In this document: in pieces, positions 8,343 to 17,724 of the stretch
How positions within the stretch are numbered: position 1 is the stretch's first letter
How the letters are laid out: each line of letters begins with the position of its first letter
Assembly (NCBI GenBank): GCA_038321755.1
Contig: JBBQFJ010000002.1
Coordinates: 1 to 61,985, forward strand
From: Acidimicrobiia bacterium
GTDB lineage: Bacteria; Actinomycetota; Acidimicrobiia; IMCC26256; PALSA-555
DNA length: 61,985 nt
Reading direction: 5' to 3'
Made by a program: the position numbers and the translations under genes
The notes under the pieces: model-generated
Seen by the model: the letters and a program-made list of their open reading frames with translations, nothing else
The model's database searches: none
What the model was told of the DNA's origin: nothing

Positions 8343-9482
8343 TCAGGCCGACAGCGCGGCGTCGAGCGGTGTGAGCGTCCGCCCGAGCGCGTCAGCGACT
8401 GCCGCGTTGGTGATCGCGCCACCCACGGTGTTCACGCCCATCGCGAGCTCGGGATCGTCGCTCGTCGCGCGCGCCACACCCTTGGCAGCGAGCTCACGTG
8501 CATACGGCAGCGTCGCGTTGGTGAGTGCATAGGTGGAAGTGTGGGGCACGGCCCCGGGGATGTTGCCGACCGCGTAGTGCAGGACACCGTGCTCCTCGTA
8601 GACGGGATCAGCGTGGGTGGTCTCTCGGATCCCTTCGATGCAGCCGCCCTGATCGACGGCGCAGTCGACGATCACCGCACCCGGCTTCATCCCACGAATC
8701 ATCGACTCGGCAACGACGACCGGCGCACGTCCGCCCGGCACGAGCACCGCGCCGATGACGAGATCGGCGTCGGCGCACGCACGCTCGACGGCGCCGACGT
8801 TGCTCGCGAGGGTGACGATCCGTCCTTGGTGGATCTGGTCGACCCAGCGGAGTCGATCGAGGTTCTTGTCGAGGAGCAGGACCTCGGCCTCCATGCCCTG
8901 CGCGATCCACGCGGCGTTCCAGCCCACGTTGCCGGCACCGAGGACGACGACGCGTGCCGGTCGGACGCCCGGGACACCGCCGAGCAGCACCCCCCGCCCT
9001 CCGTGCTCGCGCTCGAGGAAGTGCGCACCGACCTGCGTCGCCATGCGCCCGGCGACCTCGCTCATCGGCGCGAGCAGCGGGAGCGCCCCGGACGCGAGCT
9101 GGACCGTCTCGTAGGCGATGCCGGTCACACCGCGCTCGAGCAGTGCGTCGGCGACGAGGGGATACGCGGCGAGGTGCAAGTAGGTGAACAGCACGAGTCC
9201 GGCGCGCATGCGCGCGAACTCCTCCTCCTTCGGCTCTTTGACCTTCATGACGAGATCGGCGCGACCCCAGACGTCGTCGGCGCCGTCGATCACCTCGGCG
9301 CCGGCGCGGCGGTAGTCGTCGTCCGCGATCGAGGAGTCGACGCCGGCACCGGCCTCGACGAGGACAGGCACGCCCGCGGCGGCCAGCTCGTGCACACCGT
9401 CGGGCGTGATCGCGACTCGATGCTCTCCGTCTTTGACCTCGCGGGGGACCCCCACCGTGAGGGGAGGGTTGAGCGCGCTCAT
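8343..9482 (-). CDS. ald: alanine dehydrogenase
   Basis: MSALNPPLTVGVPREVKDGEHRVAITPDG..., VVVLGAGNVG Rossmann motif. ATGA overlap with the upstream aminotransferase stop. Confidence 0.9.
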   Translation of the reverse strand: MSALNPPLTVGVPREVKDGEHRVAITPDGVHELAAAGVPVLVEAGAGVDSSIADDDYRRAGAEVIDGADDVWGRADLVMKVKEPKEEEFARMRAGLVLFTYLHLAAYPLVADALLERGVTGIAYETVQLASGALPLLAPMSEVAGRMATQVGAHFLEREHGGRGVLLGGVPGVRPARVVVLGAGNVGWNAAWIAQGMEAEVLLLDKNLDRLRWVDQIHQGRIVTLASNVGAVERACADADLVIGAVLVPGGRAPVVVAESMIRGMKPGAVIVDCAVDQGGCIEGIRETTHADPVYEEHGVLHYAVGNIPGAVPHTSTYALTNATLPYARELAAKGVARATSDDPELAMGVNTVGGAITNAAVADALGRTLTPLDAALSA

Positions 9483-10984
9483 TCGGTCGGCGCGCCGCTC
9501 GGGCTGGCAGGGTCGCTGATGCGGGATGTGCCGACGCGCCGCGTCCCGACACCGCGGAGCACCTCCGGTGGGGTGCCGGCGTGATGGGCGCCGGCGTGAC
9601 CGAACCGATCCCACGCCTCGGAGAGCGCGGTGCGCAGCGTGGCCTCGATCCGGTCCAGCTCGGGGTCGGCGGCGATGAGCGGGGGTGAGAGCTGCACCAC
9701 GGGATCACCGCGATCATCCGCGCGGCAGATGATCCCGAGCTCGTAGAGCCGGGGTGACAGGAATCCGCGCAGCAGCTGCTCGGACTCCTCGTTCGTGAAC
9801 GATTCGCCCGTCTGCTGGTCGCGCACGAGCTCGAGCGCGAGGAAGTACCCGGCGCCGCGGACGTCACCGACGATCGGGATGTCGCGCAGGGCCTCGATCC
9901 GCTCCCGGAAGCCCGCTTCGTTGGCGCGCACATGGTTGAGCACACCCTCCGACTCCATCGCGTCGAGGTTTGCGAGCCCGACCGCGCAGCTGACGGGATG
10001 TCCGCCGAACGTGATGCCGTGGAGGAACGAAGCGTTGCCCTCGAGGAACGGCTCGGCGAGGTGATCGCGGCAGATGACCGCACCCAACGGCGAGTAGCCG
10101 CTCGTGAGGCCCTTCGCGCAGGTGATCATGTCGGGCAGGTAGTCGTAGCGCTCGGCGCCGAACCACTCTCCCAACCTCCCGAACGCGCAGATCACCTCGT
10201 CGGACACCAAGAGGACGCCGTACTTGTCGCAGATCTCGCGTACGCGCTGGAAGTAGACCTCGGGCGGGACGAAGCACCCGCCGGCGTTCTGCACCGGCTC
10301 GAGGTAGACCGCGGCGACCGTCTCGGGCCCCTCCCAGAGGATCTGCTCCTCGATCGCGTCGGTGACCGCGAGCATGAACGCCTTCTCGTCATCGGCCAGC
10401 GGGTGGCGGTAGCGATTCGTGTTGACGACGTGGCTTGCACCGGGGGTGAGTGGTTCGAAGGGAGTCTTCAGGCCGGGCAGCCCAGTGATCGCGAGCGCAC
10501 CGAGGGTCGTGCCGTGATACGCGATCTGCCGAGCGATCACCTTGTAGCGCTGCCCCTCGCCGCGAGCGCGGTGGTACTGGCGGGCGAGCTTCCACGCCGA
10601 CTCGACCGCCTCGGATCCACCGGTGGTGAAGAACACGCGATTGAGGTCTCCGGGCGCGAGCTCGGCGAGCTTGGCGGCGAGCTCGATCGCCGGCGGGTGC
10701 GCGTAGGTCCAGATCGGGAAGTACTCGAGTGTCTCGGCTTGGCGGGCGGCTGCCGCCGCGAGGTCGGCGCGGCCGTGACCGAGCTGCACGGTGAACAGCC
10801 CGGACAGCGCGTCGAGGTACTCCTTGCCGTGCGCGTCCCACACCCGACAGCCTTCGCCGCGCACGATGATCGGGACGGCGTTCGCGTCGTAGGACGCGAG
10901 TCGACTGAAGTGCATCCACAGGTGACGCTGGGCCAGCTGCTCGAGCTCCTCGGTGGTGTGGCCGTGTGCCGTGGTGTCGCTCAT
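9479..10984 (-). CDS. class III (omega) aminotransferase
   Basis: Class III PLP aminotransferase motifs (FFTTGGSEAVESA, LLVSDEVICAFGR). ATGA overlaps at both ends. Confidence 0.85.
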   Translation of the reverse strand: MSDTTAHGHTTEELEQLAQRHLWMHFSRLASYDANAVPIIVRGEGCRVWDAHGKEYLDALSGLFTVQLGHGRADLAAAAARQAETLEYFPIWTYAHPPAIELAAKLAELAPGDLNRVFFTTGGSEAVESAWKLARQYHRARGEGQRYKVIARQIAYHGTTLGALAITGLPGLKTPFEPLTPGASHVVNTNRYRHPLADDEKAFMLAVTDAIEEQILWEGPETVAAVYLEPVQNAGGCFVPPEVYFQRVREICDKYGVLLVSDEVICAFGRLGEWFGAERYDYLPDMITCAKGLTSGYSPLGAVICRDHLAEPFLEGNASFLHGITFGGHPVSCAVGLANLDAMESEGVLNHVRANEAGFRERIEALRDIPIVGDVRGAGYFLALELVRDQQTGESFTNEESEQLLRGFLSPRLYELGIICRADDRGDPVVQLSPPLIAADPELDRIEATLRTALSEAWDRFGHAGAHHAGTPPEVLRGVGTRRVGTSRISDPASPSGAPTE

Positions 10985-11454
10985 CGGGTTCCCCAGGCGT
11001 AGGTCTGCTTGTAGAGCCGTAGGTAGGTGAAGGTCTCGGTGCTGCGGACACCCGGGATCGCGCGCACCTTGTCGTTCAAGAGCCCGAGGAGGTGGTCGTC
11101 GTCCTCGCACACGACCTCGACGAGGACGTCGAAGGACCCGCTCACGAGCACGACGTAGTCGATCTCCGTGATCTCGGTGATCGCATTGGCGATGGCGCGG
11201 GTGTCGCCCTCGACGTTGAGCCCGATCATCGCGATGCGGCGGAAGCCCAACGTCATGGGGTCGGTGACGGCGACGATCTGGGTGACCCCCGACTCGATGA
11301 GCCGCTGGACCCGCTGGCGGACGGCGGCCTCCGACAGACCGACGTGCTCGGCGAGCTTCGTGTACGGCATCCGACCGTCACGCTGCAGCGCCTCGATCAG
11401 CGCCTTGTCGGTGTCGTCGATGACGACCGGGACGTCCGTCGACTCCTTGACCAT
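10981..11454 (-). CDS. Lrp/AsnC family transcriptional regulator
   Basis: LDDTDKALIEALQRDGRMPYTKLAEHVGLSEAAVRQRV HTH followed by a RAM/ACT-like C-terminal domain. Confidence 0.9.
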   Translation of the reverse strand: MVKESTDVPVVIDDTDKALIEALQRDGRMPYTKLAEHVGLSEAAVRQRVQRLIESGVTQIVAVTDPMTLGFRRIAMIGLNVEGDTRAIANAITEITEIDYVVLVSGSFDVLVEVVCEDDDHLLGLLNDKVRAIPGVRSTETFTYLRLYKQTYAWGTR

Positions 11455-11486
11455 GCCCCGACGATGGCACGACCGTGTCGGTCCGT

Positions 11487-11529
11487 GCAAGGGAATCCGT
11501 CGTCGATCAGGACTCAGATCACGGAATCC
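11487..11529 (+). promoter_or_regulatory. bipartite motif GCAAGGGAATCCGT-N19-CACGGAATCC (copy 1)
   Basis: Exact 14-mer and 10-mer shared with 27909-27951 at identical 19-nt spacing. Lies in the lrp / FAD-oxidase divergent intergenic region. Confidence 0.6.
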
Positions 11530-11586
11530 GACGATCCGACCCCTTCAGACCACGGATCACGACGTCATCGGGGGTCGGCTCGTAGG

Positions 11587-12918
11587 ATGTCGCCTGTGTC
11601 GACGCACCGTGCAGCACCGCTCGCGTCCGACTTCCGCGAGGTGCCGCTGTGGCACTCGGGCGTCACCCTCCCCGAGGGAATCCGCCGGACGTCGCCGCTC
11701 CCGACGCGGGCTGACGTGGCGATCGTCGGTGGGGGCTACTGCGGGATCATGGCCGCCGCGGAGCTCGCGCGACGCGGTCGCGACGTCGTGCTCGTCGAGG
11801 CCGACGAGCTGGGGACCGGCGCGAGCACCCGCAACGGCGGCATGGTGATCCCCGAGCTCAAGCACGGGCCCCGCTGGCTCACCCAGCGGTACGGACCGCT
11901 CGGCGGTGAGCTGATCGACGCCGTGTTCGAGGCGTTCGCGCTCGTCGAGCGCCTCGTCGACGAGTGGGAGATCGACTGCGACTACCAGCGCACGGGCGGC
12001 CTCCTCCTCGCCCACCACGAGGCCCAGGTCAGCGGCCTCGTCGAGGAGCTCCATGTCTGGCAGGACGATCTCGGTGAGGAGGCACGCTTCCTGGAGCGGG
12101 CCGAGCTGCGCAGCGAGATCGGCACCGACGAGTACCACGGCGGGCTGCTCGTCGAGCGCACCGGGGGCCTGCAGCCCGCGAAGTACCACGCCGGACTCGT
12201 GCGTCGCGCGGTCGATGCCGGCGCGGTGCTCCACGAACAGACGCGGGCGATGTCGGTCGAGGCGCGATCCGGCGGCGGGTTCCGTCTCGGCACCGATCGC
12301 GGCGCCGTGGACACCGATGAGGTGTTCGTCGCGACCAATGCGTCATCGGGCGCGCTCGTGCCATCGCTCCGCGAGCGCATCGTTCCGATCGGAAGCTTCA
12401 TCATCGCGACGGAGCCACTCGATCCCGAGCTCGCCCGGTCCTGCATACCGAACCGCCGCATGGTGTACGACGCGAAGAACTTCCTCTTCTATTGGCGACT
12501 CTCGCCGGATGGGCGCATGGTGTTCGGCGGGCGCACGAGCCTGGCTGCCACCCCGGTCGCCGCGGCCCGTGAGGTGCTCTACCGAGAGCTCCTCCGCGTG
12601 CATCCGCAGCTCACCGGCGTCGTGCTCGAGTACGCCTGGGGCGGGAACGTGGCGATCACGATGGATCGTCTCCCGCACTGCGGTCGGACGCCCATCGATG
12701 GTGGCACGAGCGTCGCGTACGCCGCGGGCTGCAACGGCACGGGGATCGCGTTGGCCACGTGGTTCGGTGAGCGGGCCGCCGCGTGGCTGACGGGTGAGGT
12801 CGCGCCACCACCGTTCGCGCAGCTCCCGTTCCCCAAGGTCCCGCTGCACGGGTGGCGGGAGCGCTATCTCCCTGCAGTCGGGTGGTGGTTCCGGGCCCGC
12901 GATCGGGTGGGCCGCTGA
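11587..12918 (+). CDS. FAD-dependent oxidoreductase (DadA / gamma-glutamylputrescine-oxidase-like)
   Basis: DVAIVGGGYCGIMAAAELARRG dinucleotide-binding motif and a DAO-family layout. Confidence 0.8.
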   Translation: MSPVSTHRAAPLASDFREVPLWHSGVTLPEGIRRTSPLPTRADVAIVGGGYCGIMAAAELARRGRDVVLVEADELGTGASTRNGGMVIPELKHGPRWLTQRYGPLGGELIDAVFEAFALVERLVDEWEIDCDYQRTGGLLLAHHEAQVSGLVEELHVWQDDLGEEARFLERAELRSEIGTDEYHGGLLVERTGGLQPAKYHAGLVRRAVDAGAVLHEQTRAMSVEARSGGGFRLGTDRGAVDTDEVFVATNASSGALVPSLRERIVPIGSFIIATEPLDPELARSCIPNRRMVYDAKNFLFYWRLSPDGRMVFGGRTSLAATPVAAAREVLYRELLRVHPQLTGVVLEYAWGGNVAITMDRLPHCGRTPIDGGTSVAYAAGCNGTGIALATWFGERAAAWLTGEVAPPPFAQLPFPKVPLHGWRERYLPAVGWWFRARDRVGR

Positions 12919-12925
12919 GTGGACC

Positions 12926-13591
12926 TCACGGAAGGTCGCGCACCAGCGTTGTGAGGGTCACGACGTCCGTGACGATCGGACCCCGCGAGTGGGCGTGGAG
13001 CCAGTCCCGGTTCGCGCGATGGAGCGGCGCTGCATCGTCGTAGCGGTTGAGTGCCACGACGACGGGTGCCGACGGCACGAGGACGTCGGAGCAGAGGCGC
13101 ACGGCGTTGATCGTCCCGAGCCCGGCCTCGGCGACCAGGACGATGAGGTCGGGCGCGAGCGCAGCAGCCAGCGTGACCGTGTCTCCGTCGTCGGCGAGCG
13201 GCGAGCGCGGTCCGCCCGCGCCCTCGACGAAGCCGACGTCGAGATCGTCCGGCCACGTGAGCTCGGCGACGAGGTCGGCGATCGAGAACCCGGGACGGCC
13301 CAGCGCGGCCGCGGCCATCGGCGGCGCCATCGCGGTCTCGTACCAGCGGTGGTCCGGGCAGACGGTCGTCGCGTCCTCGTCGGTGGCAGCCCCCAGCACC
13401 GATGCGTCGGTCTCGTCGGGCTCGCCCGGTCCGGGATCAGAGTGCGCGAACGACTGTGCCGGCTTCCGGGCCGCGACCGACAGCCCGCGCTCGCGGAGCG
13501 CGCGAGCGGTCGCCGCCGTCCACCACGTCTTGCCGATGTCGGTGCCGGTGCCAGTGACGACGACCAGCGCGCGAGGTCGACGCGAGGTCAC
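12926..13591 (-). CDS. bioD: dethiobiotin synthase
   Basis: VVVTGTGTDIGKTW P-loop. GTGA overlap with the bioF stop. Confidence 0.85.
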   Translation of the reverse strand: MTSRRPRALVVVTGTGTDIGKTWWTAATARALRERGLSVAARKPAQSFAHSDPGPGEPDETDASVLGAATDEDATTVCPDHRWYETAMAPPMAAAALGRPGFSIADLVAELTWPDDLDVGFVEGAGGPRSPLADDGDTVTLAAALAPDLIVLVAEAGLGTINAVRLCSDVLVPSAPVVVALNRYDDAAPLHRANRDWLHAHSRGPIVTDVVTLTTLVRDLP

Positions 13592-14715
13592 GCGGTGAGC
13601 GCCGTGAGCGCCCGGGCAAGCGCGTCGACCTGATCGTCGGTGTGCGCGGCCGACAGCGCGACGCGGAGGCGCGAGGTGCCGACGGGGACCGTGGGGGGAC
13701 GGATCGCCGGCACGAGCATCCCTTGGTCGAGCAGCGCTGCCGCAGCGGCGATCGTGGCCTGCTCGTCGCCGAACACGATCGGCACGATCGGCGAGGGATG
13801 GCCAGGGCGCAACCGCTCGACGTGACTGCGCAGACGAGCGCGACGCCTGTGTCCATCGGGCGACCGCAGCACCTCGACGGCCGCGAGCGCGGCCGCGGCG
13901 TCTGCGGGAGTCGACGCAGTTGTGAAGATGTACGGGCGCGCGAGGTTCACGAGCAGGTCGGTGAAGGCGGCCGGGCCCGCGGCGAAGCCGCCGAGCGATC
14001 CGAGCGTCTTCGAGAGGGTCCCGATCCGGATGATCTCGAGGTGGTCGGACTCGACCAGTGACCGTTCGAGCTCCGGACCGAGCACGGCGTGGGCTTCGTC
14101 GAGCACGAGCAGCGCGCGTCGACGTCGACACACCTCGACCAGCTCGTGCAGCGGTGCGACGTCGCCGTCCATCGAGAACACGGTGTCGGACACGACCATG
14201 CACCGGCGTTCGCCGGCGGCGACGAGCAGTGCGTCCACGTGCTCGGGGTCGGCGTGGCGGGCGACCACGGTCTCCGCCCTGGCCAGACGGCAACCGTCGA
14301 TGATCGAGGCGTGGTTGAGCTCATCGGAGACGATCAGCACGTCGGTGGTCCCGAAGGTGGTGAGCACGCCGAGGTTCGCGGCGAAGCCCGTCGGGAAGAG
14401 GACCGCTCGCTCGCTCGCCTTCCAGTCGGCGAGTGCGTGCTCGAGCTCGGAGTGGATGGGTCGTGATCCGACGATGAGGCGGGCCGACCCGGAGCCTGCT
14501 CCCCAGCGGTCGAGCGCAGCGTGCGCGGCGGCGACGACGGCCGGGTGCTGCGTGAGCCCGAGGTAGTCGTTCGACGCGAACGACACGACGGGCGTTCCGT
14601 CGGGCGCGAGCTTCCCCTCGGGTCCCGCCGCGTCGAGGTCGCGCGGCGTGCGCCACCGCCCGACCGACCGGATCTCGGCGGCCTGCTCCCGCGCCCACGC
14701 ATCCCACTCGGTCAT
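13588..14715 (-). CDS. bioF: 8-amino-7-oxononanoate synthase
   Basis: FASNDYLGL, a PLP-lysine region (TLSKTLGSLGG) and operon context. Confidence 0.9.
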   Translation of the reverse strand: MTEWDAWAREQAAEIRSVGRWRTPRDLDAAGPEGKLAPDGTPVVSFASNDYLGLTQHPAVVAAAHAALDRWGAGSGSARLIVGSRPIHSELEHALADWKASERAVLFPTGFAANLGVLTTFGTTDVLIVSDELNHASIIDGCRLARAETVVARHADPEHVDALLVAAGERRCMVVSDTVFSMDGDVAPLHELVEVCRRRRALLVLDEAHAVLGPELERSLVESDHLEIIRIGTLSKTLGSLGGFAAGPAAFTDLLVNLARPYIFTTASTPADAAAALAAVEVLRSPDGHRRRARLRSHVERLRPGHPSPIVPIVFGDEQATIAAAAALLDQGMLVPAIRPPTVPVGTSRLRVALSAAHTDDQVDALARALTALTA

Positions 14716-14716
14716 G

Positions 14717-16015
14717 TCAGGACGCCACCGCGGTCTCGTGGATCGCCTCGACGAGCACGTCGACGATGCGCTCGAGCTCAGGGGTCGTGATCGTGAGCGG
14801 GGGCATGAGGACGACGACGTCACCGAGCGGTCGGAGGAGCACCCCGCGCTGGACGGCGGCTGCGCACACCCGTCGTCCCCAGCGCGACTCGACCGACGGC
14901 GGCGCGAGCTCCACGCCGCCCATGAGTCCTTGGAGCCGGACCTCGCGCACCCCGGGCATCGGTGCGACCCGCGCCTCGAGGAGGCCGCGCAGCTCGTCGG
15001 AGCGGGCCCGGACGTTGTCGAGCACCTTCCACGAGTCGAGCAGCTCGAGATGACGGAGCGCGACCGCGCACGCGAGCGCGTTCCCGCTGTACGAGTGGCC
15101 GTGGTACAGCGTCTTCTCGGAGAGGTCAGGGCCGAGGAATGCGTCGAAGACGCGACCGCTGGCCACCGTCACCGACTGCGGGACGTACCCCGCGGTCAGG
15201 CCCTTTCCCAGCACGAGCAGGTCGGGTCGGAGGTCGCACTGCTCGGAGGCGAAGAGCGTGCCGGTCCGCCCGAACCCGGTTGCCACCTCGTCGCAGATGA
15301 GGAGGAGGTCGTGCTCTCGGCACGCCGCGGCGAGCGGAGCGAACGCCTCGGGTGCGGCGAGCTGCATCCCGGCCGCGCCCTGGACGAGGGGTTCCACGAT
15401 CACCGCGGCGAGCTCACCTGCGTGCGCTGCGATCATCGACGCGGCCGTCTCGAAGCAGCCCGGGTCGGCGAACGCCGGTGCCCGGAGCACCGGGAAGCGC
15501 AGCGGGTCGAACAGGTTGGTGCCGAAGCCGCCGTCGCCGACGGAGAGCGCGCCGATGGTGTCGCCGTGATAGGCGCCACCGAACGCGAGGAAGCTGGTCC
15601 GGCCCTCCACGCCTCGGTTCGCCCAGTACTGGAACGCGATCTTGAGCGCTTGTTCGACGGCTGAGGCCCCGTCGGACGCGAACAGGAAGTGCGGCGCCTC
15701 GACCGGGACTCGTTCGGCCAGCGCCTCGGCGAGCTCGATCACCACGCGGTTGCCGTTTCCGAGCATGGTCGAATGTGAACCGCGGTCGAGCTGCTCCCGC
15801 ACCGCATCGTCGAGTTCCGGGACGTGGTGGCCGACGGTGTTGACCCAGAGCGACGAGATCGCGTCGAGATAGCGGTTCCCGTCGACGTCGATCAGCTCGT
15901 GGCCCTCGGCGCGGTCGACGACGATGGGCGAGCTCTCGGTGTACGCCGACATCTGCGTGAACCCGTGCCACACCACGTCGGCATCCCGTTTGGTCCAGAC
16001 CGGGCCTTCGTCCAC
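14717..16015 (-). CDS. bioA: adenosylmethionine-8-amino-7-oxononanoate aminotransferase
   Basis: VWHGFTQM, LLICDEVATGFGRTG and operon context. GTG start. Confidence 0.9.
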   Translation of the reverse strand: MDEGPVWTKRDADVVWHGFTQMSAYTESSPIVVDRAEGHELIDVDGNRYLDAISSLWVNTVGHHVPELDDAVREQLDRGSHSTMLGNGNRVVIELAEALAERVPVEAPHFLFASDGASAVEQALKIAFQYWANRGVEGRTSFLAFGGAYHGDTIGALSVGDGGFGTNLFDPLRFPVLRAPAFADPGCFETAASMIAAHAGELAAVIVEPLVQGAAGMQLAAPEAFAPLAAACREHDLLLICDEVATGFGRTGTLFASEQCDLRPDLLVLGKGLTAGYVPQSVTVASGRVFDAFLGPDLSEKTLYHGHSYSGNALACAVALRHLELLDSWKVLDNVRARSDELRGLLEARVAPMPGVREVRLQGLMGGVELAPPSVESRWGRRVCAAAVQRGVLLRPLGDVVVLMPPLTITTPELERIVDVLVEAIHETAVAS

Positions 16016-16035
16016 CGTGCCATGATGCCCCCTCG

Positions 16036-17241
16036 ATGACCCTCAGAGACAAGGCCGCAGTCGTCGGCGTCGGCTCGACGCCGTACTACAAGCGTGGACG
16101 TTCGCTCCCGCAGACCCCGTTCGAGATGGCGGGGAAGGCGATGCTCACCGCACTCGACGACGCGGGACTCTCCGTCGCCGACGTCGATGGGCTCGCGCTC
16201 TACTCCTTCGGGCTGGGTGGTGACACCTCGCTGTTTGCCCAGGTGATGGGGATCCCCGAGGTCCGCTTCACCGCGATGCTCACGGGTGGGGGTGGTGGCG
16301 CGGCCGGCTCCGTCGGCCTCGCGGCCGCCGCCGTCGCGTCGGGCATGGCGACGTGCGTCGTCAGCCTGATGTCGCTCCAGCAGGCCGTGAGCCGTTTCGG
16401 CGCGTCCTACGCACCGAAGGGAAAGCCGGGTGCGCAGTACTCGGCGCCGCCGTCGCCGGAGGGGAACTTCATTCAGCCAGCCGGACTCATGGGACCGGGA
16501 CAGATGTTCGCGGTGCTCGCGCAACGTCACATGTACCGGTACGGCACGAAACGCGAGCACTTCGCGGAGGTCGCGATCTCCACGCGTGAGAACGCGCGTC
16601 GGCGCGACACGTCGATCATGCGGGACGAGCTCACGCTCGACGACTACTTCGACGCGCGCATGATCGCGGACCCACTCTGCTTGTTCGACTTCTGCCTCGA
16701 GTGCGACGGAGCGGTCGCGGTGGTCACGACGACCGCGGAGCGCGCCAAGGATCTCCGCCATCCACCCGCGTACATCCGTGCGTCCGCGAACGGTGGAAAC
16801 GGACGCTGGGGGCAGGCGATCACCTGGATGGGGATGCCCGACGAGGAGTTCGCATCCTCGGGGCACCGACCCGTGGCCAAGCGGCTCTGGGACATGGCCG
16901 GCACCGGCCCGGGCGACGTCGACGTCGCGCTGCTCTACGACCACTTCTCGCCGATGGTCATCCTCCAGCTCGAGGACTACGGGTTCTGCGGGGTCGGCGA
17001 GGGCGGCGACTTCGTGGCCGACGGAAACATCCGCTGGCCGACCGGATCGCTGCCGGTCAACACGCACGGCGGGAACCTCTCCGAGGCCTACATCATCGGC
17101 ATGACGCACGTGAAAGAGGGGGTCGAACAGGTGCGTGGTACCGCGGTGAACCAGGTCGAGGGGGCCAAGGTCGCGCTCGTGACCGGCGGCCCGGCATCGA
17201 TCCCCGTCTCGTCCCTGCTGCTCGCGAGCGAGCCGGCATGA
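16036..17241 (+). CDS. thiolase-like protein (SCP-x / lipid-transfer-protein type)
   Basis: AAVVGVGSTPYYKRG N-terminus, C-terminal NTHGGNLSEAY, and pairing with a DUF35 OB-fold gene. Confidence 0.8.
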   Translation: MTLRDKAAVVGVGSTPYYKRGRSLPQTPFEMAGKAMLTALDDAGLSVADVDGLALYSFGLGGDTSLFAQVMGIPEVRFTAMLTGGGGGAAGSVGLAAAAVASGMATCVVSLMSLQQAVSRFGASYAPKGKPGAQYSAPPSPEGNFIQPAGLMGPGQMFAVLAQRHMYRYGTKREHFAEVAISTRENARRRDTSIMRDELTLDDYFDARMIADPLCLFDFCLECDGAVAVVTTTAERAKDLRHPPAYIRASANGGNGRWGQAITWMGMPDEEFASSGHRPVAKRLWDMAGTGPGDVDVALLYDHFSPMVILQLEDYGFCGVGEGGDFVADGNIRWPTGSLPVNTHGGNLSEAYIIGMTHVKEGVEQVRGTAVNQVEGAKVALVTGGPASIPVSSLLLASEPA

Positions 17242-17678
17242 GCGCCCCCATGGCGAAGCTCCCGCCCGAAGAGCTCATCGGCCTGACGCCCGACATCTGG
17301 ACGCAGCCGTTCTGGAACGCCGCGGCCGAACATCGCCTGGTCGTCCCGCGCTGCACCACGTGCGCGACGTTCCGACTCCCACCGAGCGCGTTCTGCTGGC
17401 ACTGCCAGGCGCAGGAAGTCGAGTGGGTCGAGCACGACGGCGCCGGCGAGCTGTACAGCTTCACGATCATCCACCACCCGCTGCTCCCCGACCTCGCCGA
17501 CTCGGTGCCGTACGTCCCGGGCGTCGTCGAGCTTCCGGGGACGAACGGGTGCCGACTCGTCGGAGCGTTGCGCGACGTCCGGCTCGACGCAGTGCGCGTG
17601 GGCATGCCCGTCGAGCTGGTGTGGCGCGACGTGCGAGAGGGCGAGACGGTGCCGACGTTCCGGCCGGCCGGGCCATGA
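17238..17678 (+). CDS. Zn-ribbon/OB-fold protein (DUF35 family)
   Basis: CTTCATFRLPPSAFCWHC zinc ribbon plus an OB fold. ATGA overlap with the thiolase stop. Confidence 0.8.
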   Translation: MSAPMAKLPPEELIGLTPDIWTQPFWNAAAEHRLVVPRCTTCATFRLPPSAFCWHCQAQEVEWVEHDGAGELYSFTIIHHPLLPDLADSVPYVPGVVELPGTNGCRLVGALRDVRLDAVRVGMPVELVWRDVREGETVPTFRPAGP

Positions 17679-17724
17679 GTCCCGACGACGCGGCCGAGTG
17701 CGACACCGACGTGGAGGAGCTCCG

